From: a virus
Taxonomy: Duplodnaviria > Caudoviricetes
IMG/VR virus record: IMGVR_UViG_3300048547_000554
Location: 1-46,164 of that record
Reading direction: 5' to 3' (one strand)
Length of the DNA: 46,164 nucleotides
A program made the translations under genes and the position numbers. Below, piece after piece: positions 1 through 8,166 of the stretch (within the stretch, counting starts at the first letter, position 1; each line of letters starts with the position of its first letter). The notes beneath the pieces were generated by a model. The model was not told where the DNA came from. It saw nothing but the letters and a program-made list of their open reading frames with translations, and searched no databases.

Positions 1-407
1 AACGTGACATAGTTGCTTAACCTTGCCGTTTTGCCGGGCCACTTTTTGAATATGCGATTCATTACTTCTAGTTGTCGCCAATGTTCAAAGTCGATATCAA
101 CATCCGGCAGGTCGTCACGGAGTGGGTTCATAAACCTCGCCACAGGTATCTTCCACTTGATGGGATCCACGTCTGTAATCCCAAGCAAGTAACATACAAG
201 ACTACTGCCCGCCGATCCACGTGTCATATGTTTAATATCGGTGGTGAGGTCTATTATGTCGCATATTTGTAGGAAGTAATCTGTGAAGCGTAGATTAATT
301 ATTAACTCAAACTCTTCAACAAGTCTCTGTTCGTATTGTGTACCTTCTGGTATTTGCCTTTTAAATCGTGCGAGTAGTTTTTCAATGTTTTCTAAATCTT
401 TTGCCAT
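1..407 (-). CDS. dnaE: DnaE-family (family C) DNA polymerase lacking an N-terminal PHP domain; truncated by the left window edge
   Basis: Manual translation from ATG at 407 (AAGAGG upstream): MAKDLENIEKLLARFKRQ...FTDYFLQICDII...TRGSAGSSLVCYLLGITDVDPIKWKIPVARFMNPLRDDLPDVDIDFEHWRQLEVMNRIF, open to base 1. RGS, LGITxVDP and PDxDIDF are DnaE hallmarks. Confidence 0.9.
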   Translation of the reverse strand, partial: MAKDLENIEKLLARFKRQIPEGTQYEQRLVEEFELIINLRFTDYFLQICDIIDLTTDIKHMTRGSAGSSLVCYLLGITDVDPIKWKIPVARFMNPLRDDLPDVDIDFEHWRQLEVMNRIFKKWPGKTARLSNYVT

Positions 408-462
408 TGTATGCCTCTTGTAGTTTTTTATATGCCTGGTGCTTTGCAGCACGTTCTATTTA
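408..462 (-). promoter_or_regulatory. TAAATA late-type promoter box with structured leader (GUGCU-GCAA-AGCAC hairpin, two AGGCA repeats)
   Basis: TATTTA at 457-462 on +; hairpin at 439-452; TGCCT at 412-416 and 433-437. Confidence 0.45.
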
Positions 463-487
463 GCATTGAAAAAACGTAGGCAGAAAA

Positions 488-1912
488 TTATGAACCAAGT
501 TTGTTTAAAAAGTTTCTTAGTTCAACTGTGCTTGCTTCTGCTTTTATCTTACCTACAGTATCACCTTCGCTTGGATCTTCCTTGGATTCTTCTACTGTTG
601 GTGTACCATTGCCTCGTTTGATTTGATCAAACACAGTACTCTTACGTTTCTGGAACTCTTGATATTCTTCATCCTCGCCCAAATCACGTATGCGCAAACT
701 GTCTACATCAAACTCTAAATCAATCTTTTGTCCAACACCACTACTGCTTCTAGTCTTCATAAGTTGTATTTGATATCTGCCACGCTCACGCATAGCCCTA
801 CTTGTAAAGATACCAATCAAGTTATCTGCTGTATTAATCTTACTTATACCACCACTAATATGCGAATGATCAAATTCAATTTCTTCCACACTTGATCTAT
901 TCAACTGTGACGCTGTAACAAAGATAGTGTTAAGTTCCATAGCCAAGTTACGCAGTTCTTCTGACACATACTTGTCTTTAACAAACAAGTTCTCTGCACT
1001 AATCTTAACAGCATTTGGATGCATCAAATCCAAGTAGTCAATCAACAGTACATCTACTTTACGTCCTGTTTTAATCTCGTACTCTTTTAGATACGCTCTT
1101 ATATCGTTGCTGTTTTTACCTGTGGGCATATACTTGACTTGAAATGCACCCGACTTCTTGCCGATAATCTTAACCTTCATTTCAACATCATCAATGCTTT
1201 TGAACACATCACGACTTGGAATATCTGTGGTCATACTATCTAGTCGCATACTAACCAATGCTTCTGAAAGTTCAAAAGTCAAGTACATAACATTCAATCC
1301 TTGCAAACACCAGTTTACACCCATATTTGCTAAGAACAAACTTTTACCAGATCCTGATCCACCTGCAAAGATGTTTAGTTCGCCCCTGTTGAATCCACCA
1401 AACAGTTTCTTGTCTAGTGCCGGCCAGCCTGTACTAACTTGTCCATTTTGATCTTTGATACCTTCTAGTCTAGCTCTTGGATCTGCAAAGTAATCTGTGC
1501 CTAGATCTTTTTGTAATCCAATCTGTACTGCTTGCTTAACCAAGTCTTCACACGCACCATATTGTCCGTTTTCTAATAAATCTGCACTCTTAAGAATTGC
1601 CGACTCTAATGCTTTGTGTTTGCTAAAAGTTTCAAAGTCTTGTAACAACCAGTCATAATGATTCTCTGCTAATTGCCCTGGATCTTTTAAGTTGCTATCT
1701 GTTGCTGCATTTACAATATCAAAAGTAGGCAATGCATTATGTTCGTCAACATACTGCTTTACAAATTTAGCAGGTTCTACCAAACGTCTATCAAACGCAT
1801 CAGGATTAAACACACCCTGACAGCGCACAAAACTTTGTGCGTCTGTCATAAACATTTCAAGATATACCTTTTGTATATCATAACCATAATCAGTGTTTTG
1901 TCTTGTTGCCAT
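488..1912 (-). CDS. Replicative DNA helicase, DnaB/T4 gp41-like
   Basis: Walker A GGSGSGKS, LIDYLDL, TASQLNR, TADNLIG, MKTR motifs. Confidence 0.93.
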   Translation of the reverse strand: MATRQNTDYGYDIQKVYLEMFMTDAQSFVRCQGVFNPDAFDRRLVEPAKFVKQYVDEHNALPTFDIVNAATDSNLKDPGQLAENHYDWLLQDFETFSKHKALESAILKSADLLENGQYGACEDLVKQAVQIGLQKDLGTDYFADPRARLEGIKDQNGQVSTGWPALDKKLFGGFNRGELNIFAGGSGSGKSLFLANMGVNWCLQGLNVMYLTFELSEALVSMRLDSMTTDIPSRDVFKSIDDVEMKVKIIGKKSGAFQVKYMPTGKNSNDIRAYLKEYEIKTGRKVDVLLIDYLDLMHPNAVKISAENLFVKDKYVSEELRNLAMELNTIFVTASQLNRSSVEEIEFDHSHISGGISKINTADNLIGIFTSRAMRERGRYQIQLMKTRSSSGVGQKIDLEFDVDSLRIRDLGEDEEYQEFQKRKSTVFDQIKRGNGTPTVEESKEDPSEGDTVGKIKAEASTVELRNFLNKLGS

Positions 1913-1971
1913 TCTTTTCTTCTCTAATGTGTGACTGTGCTTTAACTTGCCCGCAATTTTTACAATAATTA

Positions 1972-1999
1972 ATTATAACACGATATGCAAACTTGTCAA
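1972..1999 (-). promoter_or_regulatory. Sigma70-type promoter upstream of helicase
   Basis: TTGACA-16 nt-TATAAT with TG extended -10 on the minus strand. Confidence 0.75.
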
Positions 2000-2029
2000 C
2001 TTTAATTATTTTTTCGTGCCGTGATATAT

Positions 2030-3550
2030 CTACGTTTTTGCAGCAACCGTACAAACTTTTACTCCATAATGTTTTTCAAACACTTTAGCATCGGCCTCGT
2101 CGTTTACAATCGGCTGACCTTTTATGTTTAGACTAGTATTTAACAGTAACGGACACCCTGTCTCTTCATACCAACGTTCTAGCAATTTTCTAAAGCCTGT
2201 GCTTTCATTTTTAGAAACTGTCTGTACCCTACTGGTGCCGTCCCCGTGGATGATTGCAGGTAGTCCAGGATCTGTGCAAGTTGATGTATATTGCATATAT
2301 GGTCCGGTGTAGCCGTCAAAGTAATCTTTGGTATGTTCCTCCAATATAGCGGGTGCAAAGGGTCTGAAAAGTTGCCTCTGTTTAATGTTGTTGACTCGGT
2401 CTTTAATATCTTCTCCTCTGGGATCTGCAAGTAAGGAGCGGTTGCCAAGAGCTCTAGGTCCAAACTCTGCACGGCCGTTGGCCACGCCAACAATACCAGT
2501 AGTAAGTAATTCTTGTAATATTTCTTCAACAGGATATTCTCCTTCTATGTTGTGTCCTAAATACGGACCCGGCCATTCGATATGCTGCCGCCAATGAGCT
2601 AAAGGTGCACCAATAGCACTGCCGGCGTCTCCCGGGTTAGGCATTATCCAAACATTATTCCAATCACTGCGTATAGTACTATTAGCCGCACAATTCAAAG
2701 CACAGCCTCCTATTAGTACAAGATTACCCGAAGGAGATTTCCATCTAGCCCAGTTGCTTATATATTTCAATATGTACGCATATATTGATTGCACAGCAGC
2801 CGCTATGTCCATTAGGTCTTGTGGGGTATCAAGTTCTGGCCGCCACCACATACATCCTCTATGCAAATTATGACGTAATTTGACCCTGGGTCTATCCCAA
2901 GCTATATTAACCAAGCCTTGTAAGCCGTCGTGACTATCAATAGGGTGGAAGAACTCCTCTAATATTTCATTAAAGAATCTTAAAGGGTCTCCATATGCTG
3001 CCATACCCATAAGAATGTATTCATCCTCTTGTGGCTTTAATCCTATTCTTTGCGTGAACGCGGAGTACCATAGTCCCACGGAATGTGGATACGTCTGTCT
3101 ATAGATACGTTTGAGCCCTTTTTCTTTGGTTGCGTTCCAGATAGTGAGTGTATCAAACTCTCCAATACTGTCGATAACCACAACACTGGCTTCTGCAAAA
3201 GGACTAGTATAAAAACCGGCAGCACCATGGGCAAGGTGATGATCAGTATACTTAATAGGAGCAGATATACCATACTGTCGAAGATAGCGACTAATATTGT
3301 TTTTCCTAAAGTACCCGAAGCTTTGTCCTGCTCGAATCTGTCTAAGAGTTTTTCTAAAGGGTCTCTCGTACCAAATAATTTCATCAGGCTCTCCCCATTG
3401 ACGTGCATAGTTAATTATCTCTTTATTAAGGTGTGGATCATTCTTAATACCACTGTATCGTTCACTGTGGCTTGCATATACTAGTTTTTTATCTTTAAAT
3501 ACTGCTAGTGCTGCATCGTGACTGTTAGCACTTATTCCCCAAGTGATCAT
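2030..3550 (-). CDS. Carbamoyltransferase, NodU/CmcH/TobZ family
   Basis: HDAA, ERYSGIK, HHLAH, GGCALNC, EFGPRALGNRSLLADP, FRPFAP, DGTSRVQTV, LLNTSLN. Confidence 0.93.
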   Translation of the reverse strand: MITWGISANSHDAALAVFKDKKLVYASHSERYSGIKNDPHLNKEIINYARQWGEPDEIIWYERPFRKTLRQIRAGQSFGYFRKNNISRYLRQYGISAPIKYTDHHLAHGAAGFYTSPFAEASVVVIDSIGEFDTLTIWNATKEKGLKRIYRQTYPHSVGLWYSAFTQRIGLKPQEDEYILMGMAAYGDPLRFFNEILEEFFHPIDSHDGLQGLVNIAWDRPRVKLRHNLHRGCMWWRPELDTPQDLMDIAAAVQSIYAYILKYISNWARWKSPSGNLVLIGGCALNCAANSTIRSDWNNVWIMPNPGDAGSAIGAPLAHWRQHIEWPGPYLGHNIEGEYPVEEILQELLTTGIVGVANGRAEFGPRALGNRSLLADPRGEDIKDRVNNIKQRQLFRPFAPAILEEHTKDYFDGYTGPYMQYTSTCTDPGLPAIIHGDGTSRVQTVSKNESTGFRKLLERWYEETGCPLLLNTSLNIKGQPIVNDEADAKVFEKHYGVKVCTVAAKT

Positions 3551-3553
3551 ATT

Positions 3554-3751
3554 TTATACATTATTATTTCTATCATTGTGTACTTTCTCCCAATACTCGT
3601 CATTTGTCATACGTGGCTTTTTAGCATTTTCTGCTTCTTTGGCTTTGCGTTCTTTCATTGCTTTGCGTATTCCGTACCAAAACCAAAGCTTCCAAAATAT
3701 TTTAGCCCAAGGATCAGTATGCATTATATAATCAAGTATTTTTTTCTTCAT
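3554..3751 (-). CDS. Small hypothetical protein (65 aa)
   Basis: Tiles between neighbouring genes in the same orientation. Confidence 0.65.
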   Translation of the reverse strand: MKKKILDYIMHTDPWAKIFWKLWFWYGIRKAMKERKAKEAENAKKPRMTNDEYWEKVHNDRNNNV

Positions 3752-3870
3752 TTGTAAATAAATGGATCTCTTTTTTTGAGTTCTTTTAATCTTTTACGAT
3801 AACGTAATTCATCTCTAATTCTTGTGTACGGCCATATAATTAAACGTATTAATTTTTTAATGTAAACCAT
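3748..3870 (-). CDS. Small basic hypothetical protein (40 aa), absent from the ORF track
   Basis: MVYIKKLIRLIIWPYTRIRDELRYRKRLKELKKRDPFIYK*; fills the gap, with an ATGA overlap into the next gene. Confidence 0.65.
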   Translation of the reverse strand: MVYIKKLIRLIIWPYTRIRDELRYRKRLKELKKRDPFIYK

Positions 3871-4835
3871 TTTTTTGCCTTTAATCTAATTTTCAACGGA
3901 CTGCTTTCGGCAGCACTTGCTATACTGTATAAAGTATATAGCCTTCCATACTTTTCTACAGCTTCTCCAATATCATTTATCTCATCTTCCCAATCAGGCA
4001 AGCTAACGTGCCATCCTCGATCAATAGCTTGTTCTACTAACTTACTACCGGCTTTATCTCTATCAGGAACAACATATATATCTTTTCCTAGTCTATTCAA
4101 TAGCAAAGCTTGAGCATCTCCAATGTCGCTGCCTGTTAGTGCAGTACCTTCTATGTGTATTGCATCTAGCGGGCCTTCGCACAATATACAAAACGCTTTA
4201 TTATGTCCTTGTTCGTCTAAATTATATACAAAACCAGGTTGACTATCAGTAAGATACTTTGGCTTGCTTTCCCCTACTGTACGGGCTGTATATCCAACTA
4301 TACGCCCCTCATATGTAAAAGGTATTATCAGTCTTTCTCTATATCCTAACTGTGAAGACCAGTAATAATTTGTATCATCCAAGTTTAAATTACGTGCGGC
4401 CATATATTCTAAAACAGCCATACTATGCTTGTTAAACTCTGTAATGTCTGCAATGCGTACACTGTCTTCGGGCAAATGCACAGTGCCAAATGTAGGTAGT
4501 TCTACTTTACGTTGTTGTACTTCTACACCTTCATTTTCACGCATAACATCTAGTGCTAGTTTTGTAATATCAGCATCTGGTGCATTTAACCATTGCAAAA
4601 GTTTTTTAAATTTATAACTTAAATTACGTCCTGGTTGCCAACTTGCTTTGTACCCGCAATTGAAACAATGATAGCTTACAGTATCGCCTTCGTATATAAC
4701 ACCACCACGTCCTCTTGTGTCTGTGTTTTCATTGTTATGTACACAACAAGGCGCATTAAAACTGGTCCACCCACTAGGTGTAGTTTTGCGCTTGCCAGGC
4801 AGATATAGGGTAAGGACGTCAGACACAATGCTCAT
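3849..4835 (-). CDS. DNA primase, T4 gp61/DnaG-like
   Basis: N-terminal Zn ribbon (CCVH...HCFNC); TOPRIM motifs EGPLDA and VPDRDKAG. Confidence 0.85.
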   Translation of the reverse strand: MSIVSDVLTLYLPGKRKTTPSGWTSFNAPCCVHNNENTDTRGRGGVIYEGDTVSYHCFNCGYKASWQPGRNLSYKFKKLLQWLNAPDADITKLALDVMRENEGVEVQQRKVELPTFGTVHLPEDSVRIADITEFNKHSMAVLEYMAARNLNLDDTNYYWSSQLGYRERLIIPFTYEGRIVGYTARTVGESKPKYLTDSQPGFVYNLDEQGHNKAFCILCEGPLDAIHIEGTALTGSDIGDAQALLLNRLGKDIYVVPDRDKAGSKLVEQAIDRGWHVSLPDWEDEINDIGEAVEKYGRLYTLYSIASAAESSPLKIRLKAKKWFTLKN

Positions 4836-4841
4836 ACTATT

Positions 4842-4870
4842 ATACTAGCATCGTACCGATACAATGTCAA
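4842..4870 (-). promoter_or_regulatory. Sigma70-type promoter, probably giving a leaderless primase mRNA
   Basis: TTGACA-17 nt-TAGTAT, then 6 nt, then ATG. Confidence 0.7.
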
Positions 4871-5715
4871 TCTTTTTCTATAAGACTCATTATTTCTGTG
4901 TTTGTAATATCTTCTTTACCATATAAACGCTGAGAAGCAATGTCTGCATTTTTAAAATACTTGTTAGACATCTCGTCTAAAAAATCTTCTAAATGACTTG
5001 AATTAGGTATTTGACTTTTAGATATCATTGCATTCACAAGATTTATATATCCTTGAACTTCTAGCATTGCTACTTGGGGATGTACACCATACTGTTGCAT
5101 ATATTCTATGGTGCTAGTTGACACACGACCGCCATCCATTAAGTTACGATACATTAATTCAAAGCCACGTCTTACGTGATGTTGTTTTTCGCTGTCTTCG
5201 AATTCTTGTTCAGTCCAGTCTTCTACATTGTAATTTTCTTTTAGATTATTATATGCATTTACAAGTGTTGCAATATCTTTAAATGATCCATTTATCTTGC
5301 TTTCCATCATTTCGATACTTACAAATGCACTACGTAATTTTGCACTTGTAACTCCGTCGTCTGGATTGTCATCTAATTTTTGTTGAAGCTTTTCAATTCT
5401 TTTTAATGCCTTAGCGTGACTAACCTGAGCTTCTGCTAATGCCATTTTACGTTTTGCTGTTTCAGCAAGGACCTGTCTCATTACACGCATTGGAGATTGT
5501 CCATTGAGCATTGTAAGACTCATCATAGTTAGTGTTGACTGCGAATTGTTCCTATCAAAGTATTTTGTCTTTTGCTCTAATTCAGGCAAAAATTCATTTA
5601 CAATAGCAACAGCTTGTGGATTAATTTTACTAGAAGATATAGGTGTGATTCCAAATGTAACTGGATCAATCTGTTTTATTTCTGTGCTAGATTTAGGTTT
5701 TGCAATTTCTGTCAT
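4867..5715 (-). CDS. Hypothetical coiled-coil protein downstream of the fibre cassette
   Basis: 282-aa helical ORF; no recognisable catalytic motif. Confidence 0.75.
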   Translation of the reverse strand: MTEIAKPKSSTEIKQIDPVTFGITPISSSKINPQAVAIVNEFLPELEQKTKYFDRNNSQSTLTMMSLTMLNGQSPMRVMRQVLAETAKRKMALAEAQVSHAKALKRIEKLQQKLDDNPDDGVTSAKLRSAFVSIEMMESKINGSFKDIATLVNAYNNLKENYNVEDWTEQEFEDSEKQHHVRRGFELMYRNLMDGGRVSTSTIEYMQQYGVHPQVAMLEVQGYINLVNAMISKSQIPNSSHLEDFLDEMSNKYFKNADIASQRLYGKEDITNTEIMSLIEKD

Positions 5716-5739
5716 ACTGTACTTATAGACGAATATAAA

Positions 5740-8157
5740 CTACGATGCACTTCCTGATACACCACTTGCAGTTCCTTTGGCTATGGTTAAGTCTCCAAAA
5801 TCTGTTGCATTGCCGGGCGTATCTATTGTAATGTATTCCATATCAACAACATAACCACCTGAACGTTGTAAGCCTGTAAACATACCTCTACTGCCGTTGG
5901 TAGTAGAAGCCATATTAATTGCCCCTGCTGTCATATCACCAAAGTCAGTGGCATTGGCTGTGGTTTGCACTGTAATTTTTTGAAGAACATTTGAATGTAC
6001 ATAGTTAGTATCAGGATAACCACCGCCAAACACACCTATTGTATCATTACCGACATTACCTCTACTACCATATAGTATTTGTTGTAATGGATCTCCGAAG
6101 TCTGTAGCATTGCCTGGAGTTGCCATTGTAATATAATCCATATTGTTTAAGAAACCACTTTGAGGCTGACCGGCAATACTTACACCACGTGTGGCATCAT
6201 TTGTTGACGTAGCATATCTAACAACAGATAATGTTAAATCACCAAAGTCCACAGCATTACCTGGTGTATCAATAGTAACACGGTCAATTACATTTGAACC
6301 ATAGCTACTTTGTATTTGACCACCCATAAATATACCATATGTTCCATCACCAACACCGGTTAGTCCAGTTCTACCATATTCGCTTCCGTTATCGCCAGTT
6401 ACGTCACCAAAGTCTGTAGCATCTCCTAGTGTAGCACAAGTAATATAATCTATAACATTTGTAGGTCCTGCAGGTATACCGCCTGATGCATATAATGCTC
6501 TTGTACCGTTACTAGCAGCAGCACCATTATTTCTTGCTTGGGTTAAATTTCCAAAATCAGCAGCATTCCCAGGGGTAGTGATATCATAATATTCTATATC
6601 ATCAACACGGCCTGAAGTTTCACCTCCCATAGCAAATCCACGGTCTCCGCCCCAAGCAATACTTGAGCCACCACCACTTGAACCACCGGTAATTGGATCA
6701 ACGTCTTTAGTAAATGTATTTGTAAAAATTGGCAACAATGCATAACTGCCGCTGTTGTAATCAGCAGTTTCAAAATCGCTACTAACATCTGACATACTAT
6801 AGGTAGTGTGTGTAATAGCAGAAGGACTGTATGCGTAATCAACTGCTGTTCTATCAGTAATTACTAAATCAGTAAATGTTCCTGCTTCAAGTATAGCTGG
6901 TAATTTAAATATTGATGTTCTTGCAGATCCTGTTTTAGACATCTGAAACCCAAGTAATATATTACCATTACTATCTATATCCATTGTGTTAATTGAATTA
7001 TATAATGTGTAACCATTACCTCCGGCTATGCCCCATTGATTTTGAATCACACCCGAAGAATTATATTTGGTCAATACAAAATTGTATGGTGTGGCTGGAC
7101 CATAAGGACCACATAACCATATGTTGTCGTCATTATCAACAACCATTCCTTTAATGTCATCTACACCTGTTCCTGGGTTTGTTCCAGTATTAAGTTGTTT
7201 AGACCAAGCTATAGTACCGTCAGCAGTATTAAGTTTTGCTATCGTACCTGAACTAGGACTTTGTCCAGTATAACCAGATACATAAACATTTCCACTAGAA
7301 TCCAAATCAAACTGATAACCACGATCACTATTATATGTAGTGTCTGAATACATTTTAGTCCATTGTATTGCAAATGAACTATTTAATTTTTGTACCCCAA
7401 CTCCTGAGTTAGAACTGTTAGGGTCATATACTTGCCACAATAGATATATATTTCCACTAGCATCTAACTTCATACCATAAATGTTATCCTGTTTGGTATC
7501 TGGAGACTTTGTGCGTTTGTGCATAGACATTAAAGCACCGTTGCTGCCATTTATTTTCGCAATATGTAAATTGCTTTCGGTATTTGTACCTTTGTATCTT
7601 CCTATTAACCAAAGATTTCCGTCACTATCTGCTACACTATTTGATATTGAATTATCAAACCCATCATTAACACTTCCTATACTGGTTTTCTTAATAACTT
7701 TCATCCAATCAACGGAACCATCAGATTTAGCAAACTTAGCAGCTATACTAGCAGCTACATTTGTTCTACCTGCCGCAGCTTCATTTGCTCCCCATCCAAA
7801 ATCATTACCTGTTGCAAAAAGACTGGTTCCGTTTGCTGAAGCACTATAAAATCTAGCATAATATGCATTAGCATTAAGTTGTTTGACCCACTGTACATCA
7901 CCGTCAGTATCTGTTAACATTGCAAAGCCTATATCGTCTGCATTTTCATTACCTGATACAAAAACGCCGCCATCTGATAATCCTGCAACGCCTCTTATAC
8001 CAAATGATGGGCCACCTCCACTAGAGGAGTCACTAATTATTGTATTAGCTTGCCAACCGTCAGCACTTGGGCTACTACTACCTCCGCCACCACCAGTACC
8101 TGGTAATATTACTCTAGCGTTTGTAAATCCTGCACTTATGGCTGCTAAAAATGGCAT
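5740..8157 (-). CDS. Putative virion adhesin with two beta-propeller-like repeat regions
   Basis: N-terminal DxxGNxY/WxK repeats; six C-terminal repeats of about 50 aa (T..GNA.DFG[DN]); Gly/Ser linkers. Confidence 0.7.
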   Translation of the reverse strand: MPFLAAISAGFTNARVILPGTGGGGGSSSPSADGWQANTIISDSSSGGGPSFGIRGVAGLSDGGVFVSGNENADDIGFAMLTDTDGDVQWVKQLNANAYYARFYSASANGTSLFATGNDFGWGANEAAAGRTNVAASIAAKFAKSDGSVDWMKVIKKTSIGSVNDGFDNSISNSVADSDGNLWLIGRYKGTNTESNLHIAKINGSNGALMSMHKRTKSPDTKQDNIYGMKLDASGNIYLLWQVYDPNSSNSGVGVQKLNSSFAIQWTKMYSDTTYNSDRGYQFDLDSSGNVYVSGYTGQSPSSGTIAKLNTADGTIAWSKQLNTGTNPGTGVDDIKGMVVDNDDNIWLCGPYGPATPYNFVLTKYNSSGVIQNQWGIAGGNGYTLYNSINTMDIDSNGNILLGFQMSKTGSARTSIFKLPAILEAGTFTDLVITDRTAVDYAYSPSAITHTTYSMSDVSSDFETADYNSGSYALLPIFTNTFTKDVDPITGGSSGGGSSIAWGGDRGFAMGGETSGRVDDIEYYDITTPGNAADFGNLTQARNNGAAASNGTRALYASGGIPAGPTNVIDYITCATLGDATDFGDVTGDNGSEYGRTGLTGVGDGTYGIFMGGQIQSSYGSNVIDRVTIDTPGNAVDFGDLTLSVVRYATSTNDATRGVSIAGQPQSGFLNNMDYITMATPGNATDFGDPLQQILYGSRGNVGNDTIGVFGGGYPDTNYVHSNVLQKITVQTTANATDFGDMTAGAINMASTTNGSRGMFTGLQRSGGYVVDMEYITIDTPGNATDFGDLTIAKGTASGVSGSAS

Positions 8158-8166
8158 ATTAATTCC

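Noticed and set aside
72-272. Plus-strand ORF 72-272 and the other short ORFs antisense to or nested in long genes
   Set aside because: Shadows of motif-bearing genes; 72-272 lies opposite the DnaE-like gene
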